Virus record (IMG/VR): IMGVR_UViG_2974665086_000001
Span: 54,700 to 118,699 of that record
Source of the DNA: a virus
Lineage: Duplodnaviria; Heunggongvirae; Uroviricota; Caudoviricetes
Reading direction: 5' to 3' (one strand)
DNA: 64,000 nt
Below the pieces are notes generated by a model. The model saw only the letters and a program-made list of their open reading frames with translations. It was not told the DNA's origin and did not search any database. Positions 54,875 to 64,000 of the stretch are shown here, piece after piece (position 1 is the stretch's first letter; each line of letters opens with the position of its first letter). A program made the position numbers and the translations under genes.

Positions 54875-55987
54875 TTATCCAATTACGATAACACGGTACT
54901 GATTAGATGTAGGAACTACACCGAATGTAAGATCAACTGTGTTCACACCAGTAACAGATACACCGGTTAGAACAATATCACCTGAACTTGCTTCCTTAAC
55001 AGAAACCGAAACGTCTGTTGTATTCAAGTTGTGAGTAACTGTTACAGTAGTACCACTGGTACCAACAGTTCCAACATACTTACGAGCTACAACAGTAAAG
55101 TCAACACGAGTTGACGAACCGTCTGCGATAATACCTGCACCAGGCTGCACAGCAACAGTTCCAGCACTAGGGCTAGTTAGACCGTTACCAGCAACAGTAA
55201 ATCCACTTGAACTACCTGCAATAACGCGTGCCCAAGTCTGGTTAGTTGTTCCGATTACGATTGCAGCATCAGAAGTAATACCCCAAAGAGTATCGCCTTC
55301 GGTGCTACCTTCGCGAACAGCAATAAGTGTACCGGGAGCCAGTTCACCGTCTTGGTCTGCATCAGTTGTGCGAGTCCAAGCACCAGCAGCAACTAGGTAA
55401 ATACCGTTTGTTGAAGCAGTTGTTTGACCCGTTACTAGAACACGATCACCAACAGATAGTGCAATACCATCTACAGTTTGTGTAGCAGATAGAGTAATGT
55501 TAGACTTAGCTACTGCGCGAGCAGCAAGCTTAATCGAAACACCAGCAGCACCAGCGTTAGCAATTGCAGCAACAGCGTCTAGCTGAGACTTGCTAACAGC
55601 ATCGTTAGGAGCTGTACCGTTACCAATGTTAATCAACTTTTGTGAGTTAAGATTAACGCTTGCAGTTGGAATAGCGAACTGATCTAGACGACTCGATCTT
55701 GCTTGAGTATCGAAGTCAGTAATTGTACTCGCTGTCTGAGTACCTGTGTGGTTAGAACGGTTTAAGTAAAACGCAGCAGCCTGACCGTTTAGAGCGTCAG
55801 AGTCTGTAGCCTTAAGTGTCCAACCCGAACCGTTGCATACGTAAAAGCGCTTGTCAGTGCTATTGTATACTTCACGGCCTTCTTGAGCCGCTGTAGGAGT
55901 AGGTAAGCTAGTTACAACTTCTACCTTGCGGTTTCTAATTTCATAACCACCCGCGTCAACGTGGGTAGCGTACTTAATTAATGGCAA
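54875..55987 (-). CDS. tail fibre protein
   Basis: 370 aa, very Thr/Gly/Ala/Val-rich, as in fibre shafts. Confidence 0.5.
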   Translation of the reverse strand: MPLIKYATHVDAGGYEIRNRKVEVVTSLPTPTAAQEGREVYNSTDKRFYVCNGSGWTLKATDSDALNGQAAAFYLNRSNHTGTQTASTITDFDTQARSSRLDQFAIPTASVNLNSQKLINIGNGTAPNDAVSKSQLDAVAAIANAGAAGVSIKLAARAVAKSNITLSATQTVDGIALSVGDRVLVTGQTTASTNGIYLVAAGAWTRTTDADQDGELAPGTLIAVREGSTEGDTLWGITSDAAIVIGTTNQTWARVIAGSSSGFTVAGNGLTSPSAGTVAVQPGAGIIADGSSTRVDFTVVARKYVGTVGTSGTTVTVTHNLNTTDVSVSVKEASSGDIVLTGVSVTGVNTVDLTFGVVPTSNQYRVIVIG

Positions 55988-56040
55988 ATGTTTTCAATCC
56001 TTTCGTTTAATTTAAAAAATGTAAGCCTTATAGTATTATA

Positions 56041-56770
56041 TCATGCTATAATAGCTCGGCCGCTGGTATTAGAACCAAAAGCACCAACGTAAACTTTAAT
56101 TGTATTTAGGTCAATCTCTTCCCAAGGACACAATTGTAAATCCCCGTATTCTTCACTACCAGGAGTGCCTAAGTTAACTCGTACGGAGCTAATAACTCGA
56201 TTAAGATTGTGTTGAACAGTCCAGATTTCCGAGGGGTTCATTTGAGTATGCACGTAGTTATACTTAATAGTAACTCCACCAGCATCAATGATAGGAATCT
56301 CGATAGTATCTGTTCCCCCGTCTGAGTAGTAAACAGTTAAGATATTGCCAACTGCTTCCATTGACTCAATACCACGACCAGGATCACCCTTAGTAATGAT
56401 TACTCCACCTGATTCAGGCAGTGGCAGCAAGTCATCAATATCAATTATGTCTGGCATATCGGACGTAATTGATAGATTTACTTCTAGGTTTGTCCAACTG
56501 GGCTTGACATTGTACGTCCAGGCTGTAGGATTGATCCCAGGTTGATCGGTGACGATCAGATCAGCGGTGAACGTGCCGTCTTGCATCTGCACGATGCGAG
56601 GCCATGTATGCTCATCAAGATTAATTAACTCACCCTCGAACAAGATATCTTTGACGGAAGGACGAATTCTTATTTGACCTTCGGTAGGGCGTGACCTTTG
56701 CTCACCAGTGGCAACGTCAATATACACGTCACGAAACCTTCCAGTGATGGTTTTGTATTGTAAACTCATA
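56041..56770 (-). CDS. tail fibre-associated protein (start revised to Met at 56770)
   Basis: Listed ORF extends to 56835, overlapping the divergent + gene; the internal Met has upstream TATAAT...TTATAAT on the minus strand. Confidence 0.4.
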
Positions 56771-56804
56771 TAAGAATTATAACACGAAAGAGAGATTATA
56801 TCAT

Positions 56805-57113
56805 ATGTTTCTATACGAAGAAAAGACCTCGACAACTCATACTATTAAAGAGGACGAAGACGGCGACGTAACCGAGACTCGTTTGGAAACATGGGCAGAA
56901 ATCTGGGCACATATCAAGCCAGGTCAGACACCTGATATCAAGGCAGACCTTACCAGTTGGCTTCAGATTGGCACTCGTTGGGGTAACTATGTTACTTTCA
57001 GTCTCTCGCTAGATGAAATGAAGAAACTGTCCGAAACGTTCGCTCAGTTTTATGCCACGATGGTCGAAGAAAACTTTAAGCTCGAACAGGAAAGAAAGAA
57101 GCACGAAAAATGA
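56805..57113 (+). CDS. hypothetical acidic protein
   Basis: 102-aa ORF. Confidence 0.35.
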   Translation: MFLYEEKTSTTHTIKEDEDGDVTETRLETWAEIWAHIKPGQTPDIKADLTSWLQIGTRWGNYVTFSLSLDEMKKLSETFAQFYATMVEENFKLEQERKKHEK

Positions 57114-57781
57114 AATGGTTTTACAAGAATAAAGAAATCACCAGCCAGGCAGCAAAGTACATGGAAGATACTGGGCAGGCTAAGGTAAATGAGGCGCATT
57201 CGGGTGCAACTCCCGAGCATCTGGGCGGTGGTGATTCAGCGTGGGGTGTAATGGTTCCCGGTCCCGGTAACGTTTGGATTGAAAATCAACTGAACTCTAA
57301 GGTTCGTCTGTTCGATCCGACACTGGGAGATATTCAGCTCTACGACGGACATAAGCCTGGTCGTCTGAGCGCAGTTATTGTTGATCTGGACGGAACAGTT
57401 GCAGATCACAGTCAGAGACAGTGGAATGATTACTCAGATGTAATCAATGATAAGCCGATCCACAATGTAGTTAGTGCCGTTCGTAATGAAGACGAAATGG
57501 GCCATGAAGTAATCTTTATGTCCGGTCGTGAAGATGTATGTTACATTGACACGAAGCTGTGGATCGCACGAACGTTTGGCTGGCCTGCTGATTCTGTTAA
57601 CCTGTTCATGCGTGTAGCAAAGGACTACCGACCTGACTTTATTGTTAAGGAAGAACTGTTCCAGAAGCACGTACACGGCAAGTACAACGTACTGCGCTGC
57701 TACGACGATAGGGACCAGGTTGTAGCCCTGTGGCGTTACAAGGGTCTGACTTGCTTCCAGACGGCCTACGGAGCGTTCTAG
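57110..57781 (+). CDS. HAD-family phosphatase (polynucleotide 3'-phosphatase/nucleotidase-like)
   Basis: VIVDLDGTVADHS (DxDGT) and FMSGRED motifs. Confidence 0.6.
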   Translation: MKWFYKNKEITSQAAKYMEDTGQAKVNEAHSGATPEHLGGGDSAWGVMVPGPGNVWIENQLNSKVRLFDPTLGDIQLYDGHKPGRLSAVIVDLDGTVADHSQRQWNDYSDVINDKPIHNVVSAVRNEDEMGHEVIFMSGREDVCYIDTKLWIARTFGWPADSVNLFMRVAKDYRPDFIVKEELFQKHVHGKYNVLRCYDDRDQVVALWRYKGLTCFQTAYGAF

Positions 57782-58087
57782 ATGCTGGCATACTTCGGTG
57801 TGCTCGCGGTGCTGCTGCTGGCGGTTCTGGTCTGTATGATCGTAGCCGCCAGCAAGTACGGCAGTGGAGATAACTTAGGTTCAGGTTTCTGGCTAGTCTT
57901 ATCCATTGCAGGCATGGGAATACTTATCTGGTTCGCTATTGACGCGGGCGATTATGACAAGACCTCGCAAGAGTGCAGGTCACAGGGCTACACTTGGGTT
58001 CAAGAACATGGGTGCTATGACCTACGTCACATTCCTCAAAAAAACTTGGATAAAGTGTTGACACCGGAGCAAAACCAAGTAAAGTAG
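57782..58087 (+). CDS. membrane protein
   Basis: 101 aa, two TM helices at N-terminus. Confidence 0.4.
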   Translation: MLAYFGVLAVLLLAVLVCMIVAASKYGSGDNLGSGFWLVLSIAGMGILIWFAIDAGDYDKTSQECRSQGYTWVQEHGCYDLRHIPQKNLDKVLTPEQNQVK

Positions 58088-58149
58088 TTATCAGAACAGA
58101 GACGGACACACCGACTCACTGAAAAACTACTAGCACAGGAGCTAACATC

Positions 58150-59196
58150 ATGGTTGCAAACATTGAAGTCGTAGGCGACAAGGCAGCATTCGCATCCCAC
58201 CGAGTTCCCGCATGGCACGGACTTGGAACTGTTTTCACGGACGTCAAGACTCCGATGGAAATGCTCAAGGAAGCAAACATGACGGGCTGGAACATTCGTT
58301 CGATCCCGTTGGATACTATGTTGCCTCCCGGAGTTTCAAGCGACTTGAAGAAGTCGGTTATCATCCGTGACAATCCTTTTTTCAGTCAGGATTTGGCCGA
58401 CGATGCAAAGAAGAACGGTTTCGAGTACAACCAGGAGCCTTATAATGCTCTCGGTGTAACTGGTGAAGATTACTACATCAACCAGAACGAAGAACTTGCC
58501 GAGTTCGGTAGTTTCTTGCTCGAAGGTGCTCGCGGTGAAACTGCCGGATCGATCGACGGAGGTAAAACCGTCTTTATGTCTCTGGCACTCGAGACCAAGG
58601 TAACTATTGACGAGCAGGGTGCAAACGACGTAGTGAATCAGTACCTTATGATTAGCACGTCGCACAACGGAACCAGTGCTCTGATCGCGGGTGTTACTCC
58701 CGTCCGCGTAGTTTGCCAGAACACGTTGAATATCGCTTTGAAGAACATGCCCAACAAGATCAAGATTCGCCACACAAAGTCTATGCAGGAACGTATGGAC
58801 TTGGCGAAAAAGACTTTGAAGTTGAGCACGAACTACATCGAAGCGTTTCGTGAGAATGCCACGGAGCTTTACCAGCAGTCGGTCACCGATGATAAGTTCC
58901 TGGAAATCATCAAGGCCGCATACCCCGAACCGAACACAAACCAGGCAGCAACAACGCGTTGGGAGAATAAGCGTGACGCGCTGATGGATATCTGGAATGG
59001 TCCGACCGAAACCAATATCAAGGGAACCGGTTGGGGTGCACTGAATGCTCTGACCGAGGATCAGCAGTGGAACCGCATTATTTACAGCGGCAACCTGGAA
59101 CGATTCTTGGTCGCAGGTTCCGGACTTGACGAAACCGTCAACAAGGAACGTGATCGCCTGGCCGGGGTGGTCAATAAGGTTCTGGCAAACGTCTAG
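58150..59196 (+). CDS. DUF932-family phage/plasmid protein
   Basis: LMISTSHNGTSALIAGVTPVRVVCQNT core typical of DUF932. Confidence 0.5.
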   Translation: MVANIEVVGDKAAFASHRVPAWHGLGTVFTDVKTPMEMLKEANMTGWNIRSIPLDTMLPPGVSSDLKKSVIIRDNPFFSQDLADDAKKNGFEYNQEPYNALGVTGEDYYINQNEELAEFGSFLLEGARGETAGSIDGGKTVFMSLALETKVTIDEQGANDVVNQYLMISTSHNGTSALIAGVTPVRVVCQNTLNIALKNMPNKIKIRHTKSMQERMDLAKKTLKLSTNYIEAFRENATELYQQSVTDDKFLEIIKAAYPEPNTNQAATTRWENKRDALMDIWNGPTETNIKGTGWGALNALTEDQQWNRIIYSGNLERFLVAGSGLDETVNKERDRLAGVVNKVLANV

Positions 59197-59249
59197 AATC
59201 ACTGTCCTGGGTAAGACTAAAACTGCCCACTTATTACTCAAAGGAAGAA

Positions 59250-59480
59250 ATGAAAACGCTAGAAAAGCAAAATGAGTTTTGGCAGTATGCCATGCTGTGC
59301 GTTGCTATTTGTTATCTTATCCCATTGACTATCTGGCTTATGGGCGGGGCAGGTATTGGATGGATTGCCTACCTTACTGTCACGATGGTTGCCGTTCCTG
59401 TATTTATTAAATCCCAAATAATCTACGAAGCATACGTAGAAGAATTGACTGAGCGTGCAAGAAAGAAAGATATCGTATAA
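59250..59480 (+). CDS. small membrane protein
   Basis: 76 aa, two hydrophobic helices. Confidence 0.35.
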   Translation: MKTLEKQNEFWQYAMLCVAICYLIPLTIWLMGGAGIGWIAYLTVTMVAVPVFIKSQIIYEAYVEELTERARKKDIV

Positions 59481-59645
59481 ACTCTGGGCGCAAGACCCTA
59501 AGGTAGACGGCATTAGTCTTACCGAGTGGCATTGGTACGTAATGATGAACGATATGATTATGGACCAAGGTGTAGAGTTTAAAAAGCGCAAGGCAGTAAA
59601 ACGAATCAAACATTCGATTACTTTAGTCCTGAAAGCGACTCTCTA

Positions 59646-59657
59646 ACATGCTATAAT
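59646..59657 (+). promoter_or_regulatory. extended -10 promoter TGCTATAAT only ~8 nt upstream of the ATG (possible leaderless mRNA)
   Basis: aacaTGCTATAATggaaagATGG. Confidence 0.35.
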
Positions 59658-59663
59658 GGAAAG

Positions 59664-60104
59664 ATGGTAGAAACTAAAGTTATACGTATTATTGTTTATC
59701 TGATCGGACTGTATACTTTTCTGTCAGGTTTGCAGTTGATTATGACCGGGTTAGTGATTGAGGGAGCATTCAACCCTTGGATTCTTACTGCCGTGTCAGG
59801 AAATTACACAGTTGCCTATGCTTTAGTATTTGCATCAGCAGGTGTCGGTGCAGTAACCTTGCTCGCAGCATGGTTTAATAAGCGAAGATTTTTGCAAGCA
59901 GCACTGAGCAGCACTGCCGCGTATCAGATTCTTTTGTTTATTCTTAATGTTCTAGAATATGGTGGCCGAGGTACACCGGCGATCCCCGCTTTAATCCTGG
60001 GTTGTATCGCAGCGTTGCTTTGCGGCTACTACAGCATAAGACCGGAAGCCCTTGGGGACTTTGGAGAAGGAGAGTTAATAAATGACGACACAGACATTGG
60101 ATAA
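59664..60104 (+). CDS. membrane protein (4 TM)
   Basis: 146 aa, hydrophobic. Confidence 0.4.
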   Translation: MVETKVIRIIVYLIGLYTFLSGLQLIMTGLVIEGAFNPWILTAVSGNYTVAYALVFASAGVGAVTLLAAWFNKRRFLQAALSSTAAYQILLFILNVLEYGGRGTPAIPALILGCIAALLCGYYSIRPEALGDFGEGELINDDTDIG

Positions 60105-60348
60105 GGTTGATTCCGTCGAAACAGAAAAGACGGAGTTCAAATTCAACAAGCTACATCGTTGTGATGCTTGTGGAGCACAGGCTTATGTTCGTGTAGAGAA
60201 GGACAATAAAGATTTGATCTTTTGCGTTCATCACTCACGTGAGTTTGAGGCTACGTTTATTACTGGCGGCTGGACGATTGATGATCAGTCCAGTATTCTA
60301 GAAGAGGAAGTACGCAAGTACAATACTGTTTCAGATGACAACTTCTAA
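60082..60348 (+). CDS. small Cys/His zinc-ribbon-like protein
   Basis: CDACGAQAY...FCVHH. Confidence 0.35.
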   Translation: MTTQTLDKVDSVETEKTEFKFNKLHRCDACGAQAYVRVEKDNKDLIFCVHHSREFEATFITGGWTIDDQSSILEEEVRKYNTVSDDNF

Positions 60349-60386
60349 ACATTGATTTAATTCGTTTGTAGCAGTATACTTGCTGC

Positions 60387-60839
60387 ATGAGCAAATTAAG
60401 AATAGAAGCTAGTCACGAACACCTAATTGCGGTGCTTGGACCAAGGTACAAGGGCAATTACAGTTTAGTCCTGCCGGGAGTTATCAAGTCAATTGATACT
60501 GTAGAATCTGACGCAACAGAAACTAAAAGCGGATTCGTACTAGTACATGACGGGGTGACTTCCGGCATTACTGGTGAGGTAATGGAAGCTGTCAACAAGA
60601 CACAACCTGGATTAAGAAATCGCGGGCGTATGTTAAGTATGCGCAAGCTAGCACTGGATATAGAATTGCATGGTAAAGACTCCCATTTTCGTTGGGTTGA
60701 CGACGTGCTAACTTATAAGCCTGATTTGTTCTTGCTATTTGACAATGGGGAGTGGGAGCCAGTACGATATGCTGTACGCAAGGCAGCACAGCTAGACATT
60801 CCAATAAAACTAATCAAGATTCGTAAGGAACAACTTTGA
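60387..60839 (+). CDS. hypothetical protein
   Basis: 150-aa ORF. Confidence 0.4.
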   Translation: MSKLRIEASHEHLIAVLGPRYKGNYSLVLPGVIKSIDTVESDATETKSGFVLVHDGVTSGITGEVMEAVNKTQPGLRNRGRMLSMRKLALDIELHGKDSHFRWVDDVLTYKPDLFLLFDNGEWEPVRYAVRKAAQLDIPIKLIKIRKEQL

Positions 60840-61288
60840 TCACCGATGAAGAGTTTGATGCTTTTCTGCACGACGAAAATACAGATATCTTTATTGCATA
60901 TGACTGGGATATCTATGTAAAGAAAACCCTGTTGGGCTATGCCAAGGCTAAGAGCTTTCGAGGCGTTCTCGAGCCTGGCGAGCTTCCCGCACAGACGCAG
61001 ATCAAGCAGGCAGTACGTAAGGCTAAGGCGAAGTGGTGGCACCGTTCACCTGTGCGCTACGGACAGACCTTCGTGTTGCAGCCTGTAGGAAAGAAATACG
61101 CAGCCCTAGCAGCATGGGGTGCGCCGTGTGGCAATTTGCGTGGACATAACTTTACCGAGGATGATATTAATTTTATTCTCAGTCAGGATAACGTTACCGC
61201 AGTCGTGTTTGATCAATTCGGAGTAGGGACTTATTTTGAAGCAGAACCAGAAGATGTGCAAGCGTTGCAAGCGGGGGACAGTGAATGA
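60836..61288 (+). CDS. hypothetical protein
   Basis: 150-aa ORF. Confidence 0.4.
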   Translation: MITDEEFDAFLHDENTDIFIAYDWDIYVKKTLLGYAKAKSFRGVLEPGELPAQTQIKQAVRKAKAKWWHRSPVRYGQTFVLQPVGKKYAALAAWGAPCGNLRGHNFTEDDINFILSQDNVTAVVFDQFGVGTYFEAEPEDVQALQAGDSE

Positions 61289-61488
61289 CTATAGCTACCG
61301 CTCCGCAGGCGAACTCATCTGCGCCGACTGCCGGGTTGCAGAAATTTATGCCGAACGAACAATACTACAGCCGAGTTAGCACCCTGTTGTATTATCTAGA
61401 ATCATATGTACCGGAAGTTCACGAGTCTATTTTAAGTGAACTAAGTCAGCTCAAGGCTGAGACAGATATAAGATATCTAGCTCTATGA
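61285..61488 (+). CDS. hypothetical protein
   Basis: 67-aa ORF. Confidence 0.3.
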   Translation: MTIATAPQANSSAPTAGLQKFMPNEQYYSRVSTLLYYLESYVPEVHESILSELSQLKAETDIRYLAL

Positions 61489-61856
61489 AATACTGGATTG
61501 AAGTTAACAGCAAGAAACATGGCCTAATTAGTCGCTACATGATTCCTCGCTGGTTAGTCTCAGACTATGTAGATCATGGCAGCGTAATCTACTACCCAGG
61601 CGGGTATGTGGAGTGTATGTACCAAGAATACTGCGATTTATGCTTACGTATGAAGTCGGAGACAACCAAGCAGAGACTTACGGCGTGCCAGGACACAAAG
61701 ATTAATCATAATGCTGGCTATCCATTGAAAGTCTGTCTTGACTGTTACTACTACATCGAGTATGATAATGGTAATCATTCGCTACCGAAGACGTTTATGA
61801 AGCAATTTGAATCGGGATTTGTACCACATGAATTGGACAAATACCGCTACTTATGA
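61485..61856 (+). CDS. Cys-rich hypothetical protein
   Basis: 123 aa with several CxxC-like pairs. Confidence 0.4.
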   Translation: MKYWIEVNSKKHGLISRYMIPRWLVSDYVDHGSVIYYPGGYVECMYQEYCDLCLRMKSETTKQRLTACQDTKINHNAGYPLKVCLDCYYYIEYDNGNHSLPKTFMKQFESGFVPHELDKYRYL

Positions 61857-61920
61857 TATTATAAAGCTTAGAGTCTTAATTGACTTTGCGCAAAGTAATA
61901 AGATTAAGGAGGAAATTTAA

Positions 61921-62139
61921 ATGGCTTTTGAAGCAGAAACACCAGCATCACGTTTTGATCGTGATTACCTGCACATGGGTAAGAAGACAGTTCCCGAACC
62001 AGGTAAGGATGACGACCGTAAGAATCGTCAGTTGGATCAGCAGTCAACCGAGCGTCAGGCACGTTTGTATGTAAACGCGGCAACCGGAGAATCAGCTACC
62101 GGCAAGTCCGATCCAGCAGTAGATGCACTTTTTGACTAA
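61921..62139 (+). CDS. hypothetical protein
   Basis: 72-aa ORF, RBS AAGGAGGAAATTTAAATG. Confidence 0.4.
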   Translation: MAFEAETPASRFDRDYLHMGKKTVPEPGKDDDRKNRQLDQQSTERQARLYVNAATGESATGKSDPAVDALFD

Positions 62140-62375
62140 GTAATTTAGAATACAGCGGCTTTTGACAATATGTCAGGGTCGCTGTATTCTTATCTTTGAA
62201 AGGATTACGTTGAGCAATAGCAGCCAAGGTAATATAGTTAAACAATTAGTAAGAATGCAAGACACGATGGAAAAGATATTGGATGAACTAATTCTTATCA
62301 ATCGTGGAAAACCGCGTGAGGATATCGTTAGCATAGATAACCGATCGCACAAATCCGGTAATAAAAATTACAACA

Positions 62376-62624
62376 ATGATTCAACAAGAAAGTAAAATAA
62401 TGATTCTAACCTTTGATAATGCGGATCGTAAGATCGACCAGCTTAACAAGCAGGGCCACGATGTGTTTTGGGACGGATGGACTGTTGTCAGTTTCCGTCC
62501 GAGCGAAAAGGCTCAGTATAGTGCCAAGTATGGAGTGGTTCGCAAGGGACAGTTCGGTTATCTTAAGCGCTTCGAGGTAGATCAGGATGGGCTATGGCGA
62601 CTATATGGATTCGACAAGAAATAA
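62376..62624 (+). CDS. hypothetical protein
   Basis: 82-aa ORF. Confidence 0.35.
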   Translation: MIQQESKIMILTFDNADRKIDQLNKQGHDVFWDGWTVVSFRPSEKAQYSAKYGVVRKGQFGYLKRFEVDQDGLWRLYGFDKK

Positions 62625-62632
62625 ACAAATGA

Positions 62633-62950
62633 GTGGTGTGCTTGCCGGATAATTGGATTAACAAAGCTGACTGTCGTGACAAACCTGTAGAGTGGTTCTT
62701 TGAATCCTACGAACAAGACGTAACAGTAGCTTTAGACGTTGATGATCTTTGCAAGCATTGCCCAGTAAAAAGGGAATGTTTTTATAATGCTGTGGATACA
62801 GACAGTATATCTACTACTGGCGTACGAGCCGGTTTATATTTTGTACTTGGCAAACCAAGTAAGGCTAAAAATGGTCACAAAACTCCCGAAGAGTACGCAA
62901 GATTAGTTAAGCAGTATGAAGCAGTGAAGGAAGAAATTAGTGATAGGTGA
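62633..62950 (+). CDS. WhiB-like (Wbl) Fe-S transcription factor
   Basis: Four Cys in WhiB spacing: C(13)...LCKHCPVKREC, then GVRAG turn. Confidence 0.55.
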   Translation: MVCLPDNWINKADCRDKPVEWFFESYEQDVTVALDVDDLCKHCPVKRECFYNAVDTDSISTTGVRAGLYFVLGKPSKAKNGHKTPEEYARLVKQYEAVKEEISDR

Positions 62951-63206
62951 TACCACCTATAACATTATTCGTCAGGCCCTCGAATCGGTGCAATCGCCGG
63001 TTCGGGGCATGGCAATTGATATTATAGATTACGACGGTGCAATGTATGTGTATTGCATCTACCAAGATAACTTATCCGATAAATCAGATGCGGATCAGCA
63101 GCGGTTTGCCGAATGGTTGATCGAGCGTGCAGAGATAGCAACTAAGCTATCTGGTGTAACAGTCAGCATCGAGAAGCGAGAAAGCATGGAAGCACCTAAT
63201 GAATAA
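62940..63206 (+). CDS. hypothetical protein
   Basis: 88-aa ORF. Confidence 0.35.
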   Translation: MIGDTTYNIIRQALESVQSPVRGMAIDIIDYDGAMYVYCIYQDNLSDKSDADQQRFAEWLIERAEIATKLSGVTVSIEKRESMEAPNE

Positions 63207-63369
63207 GTTCGTAGTGTTCTACAAGGAAGAGGGCGTTATTGCCATTGGAACTGAAAGAGCATATGGTATGGACGTTCGATATTTTATGGAAGGTATTGAA
63301 TATTCTGCAACCTGTGAGCCTGAGGAGTATATCGTCATGCACGAACTTAATGATGAGTCTAGTTACTAA
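63199..63369 (+). CDS. small protein (56 aa; not in ORF track)
   Basis: ATG at 63199 overlapping previous stop (AATGAATAA). Confidence 0.25.
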   Translation: MNKFVVFYKEEGVIAIGTERAYGMDVRYFMEGIEYSATCEPEEYIVMHELNDESSY

Positions 63370-63404
63370 CTCGTTACATAAAGGTTAATTGATTTTTCTC
63401 TAAA

Positions 63405-63416
63405 TATGTCCGATAT
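63405..63416 (+). promoter_or_regulatory. extended -10 promoter TGaTATAAT
   Basis: gatatgaTATAATtgacttATG. Confidence 0.4.
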
Positions 63417-63430
63417 GATATAATTGACTT

Positions 63431-63805
63431 ATGTCGGATACTGTAGTAGTTGCTGTAATTGGTGTAGTTAGCACTATTGCAGCAGGTGGTTTGCTTGAAA
63501 TAGTTAAGAAAAGCCTTTCCAAAGCCAAAGATAAAACGGACGCGGACTCGGGCTTACGAAGTGAACTCCGACAAGATTTAGAAACAAAGCGCGACGAACT
63601 TTTAGCTTTAAAGAAAGAGCTAAAGGAACTCGAAATAGAGTCCGATAAGTGGCGTCAAGACTACTGGACATTATATGCCTTGTTCTTCCAACTTAAGTTA
63701 ATTGCAACAAAGCTTACTCAGAACGACCCTGAACTCAAACAACAAATTGAAAACATTCTAGCTCCACATGAGCGAATGCAACGAGAGGTTGAGTCTAATG
63801 AGTAA
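63431..63805 (+). CDS. coiled-coil protein with N-terminal TM helix
   Basis: 124 aa. Confidence 0.4.
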   Translation: MSDTVVVAVIGVVSTIAAGGLLEIVKKSLSKAKDKTDADSGLRSELRQDLETKRDELLALKKELKELEIESDKWRQDYWTLYALFFQLKLIATKLTQNDPELKQQIENILAPHERMQREVESNE

Positions 63806-63941
63806 TGATGAGCGTGTTGGCTTGCTGAAATGGAGAGAGAGACGTAAAGCTGAATCATCAGCCCGTAAACCTCGAAATAAAGCAAAGTATAGTCGTGAGG
63901 ACTATCGAAAGGAGAGCCAACGTGAACTCAAACACAGATAG
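63798..63941 (+). CDS. small basic protein (47 aa; not in ORF track)
   Basis: ATGA overlap with previous gene, Lys/Arg-rich. Confidence 0.25.
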   Translation: MSNDERVGLLKWRERRKAESSARKPRNKAKYSREDYRKESQRELKHR

Positions 63942-64000
63942 AGTTATAAACGGAGTGCGTGTCGGTCTAAATGTACTGTTATACGCACTTCGTTTTTCTC

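Overview
This window is a 64 kb slice of a large tailed dsDNA phage genome. Most genes are on the + strand, apart from one inverted tail-fibre cassette at 53.5-56.8 kb. My eye estimate of GC content is about 45%.

Recognisable coding content:
- Structural: a 1308-aa tail fibre with FN3-like repeats and a C-terminal S74-type intramolecular chaperone.
- Replication and recombination: a DnaB-like helicase, a DnaG-like primase, a gp32-like SSB, a DnaE-type Pol III alpha split into a PHP-domain ORF plus a core ORF carrying a 150-aa mini-intein, MazG, a RecA-like recombinase, a PD-(D/E)XK nuclease and RuvC.
- Packaging: terminase large subunit followed by an HNH endonuclease.
- Others: rIIA/rIIB, a SpoT-like small alarmone hydrolase, a cutinase-like (GYSQG) esterase, a WhiB-like protein, two metallophosphatases, a HAD phosphatase, a thioredoxin-like protein, a minimal nucleotidyltransferase and a DUF932 protein.

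About 35 tRNA genes sit in roughly 12 clusters between 25.8 and 52.4 kb.

The most unusual content is a full-length Ro60/Rsr ortholog (TROVE plus vWA domains, 29900-31504). It lies immediately downstream of a dense array of at least 12 paralogous small RNAs interleaved with tRNAs. Each of these RNAs has a 5' motif GARCCGR-N8-10-YGKTTATC and a 3' motif AACAYGYTC that covary as a helix. The 5' motif closely resembles the Ro60-binding 5' arm of Y RNAs (GGUCCGA...GUUAUC). Several members carry an internal tRNA-like module: T-arm, then a loop-closed acceptor-like stem, then D-arm. I read this as a phage-borne Ro60 plus multi-copy Y-RNA (YrlA-like) system embedded in the tRNA array.
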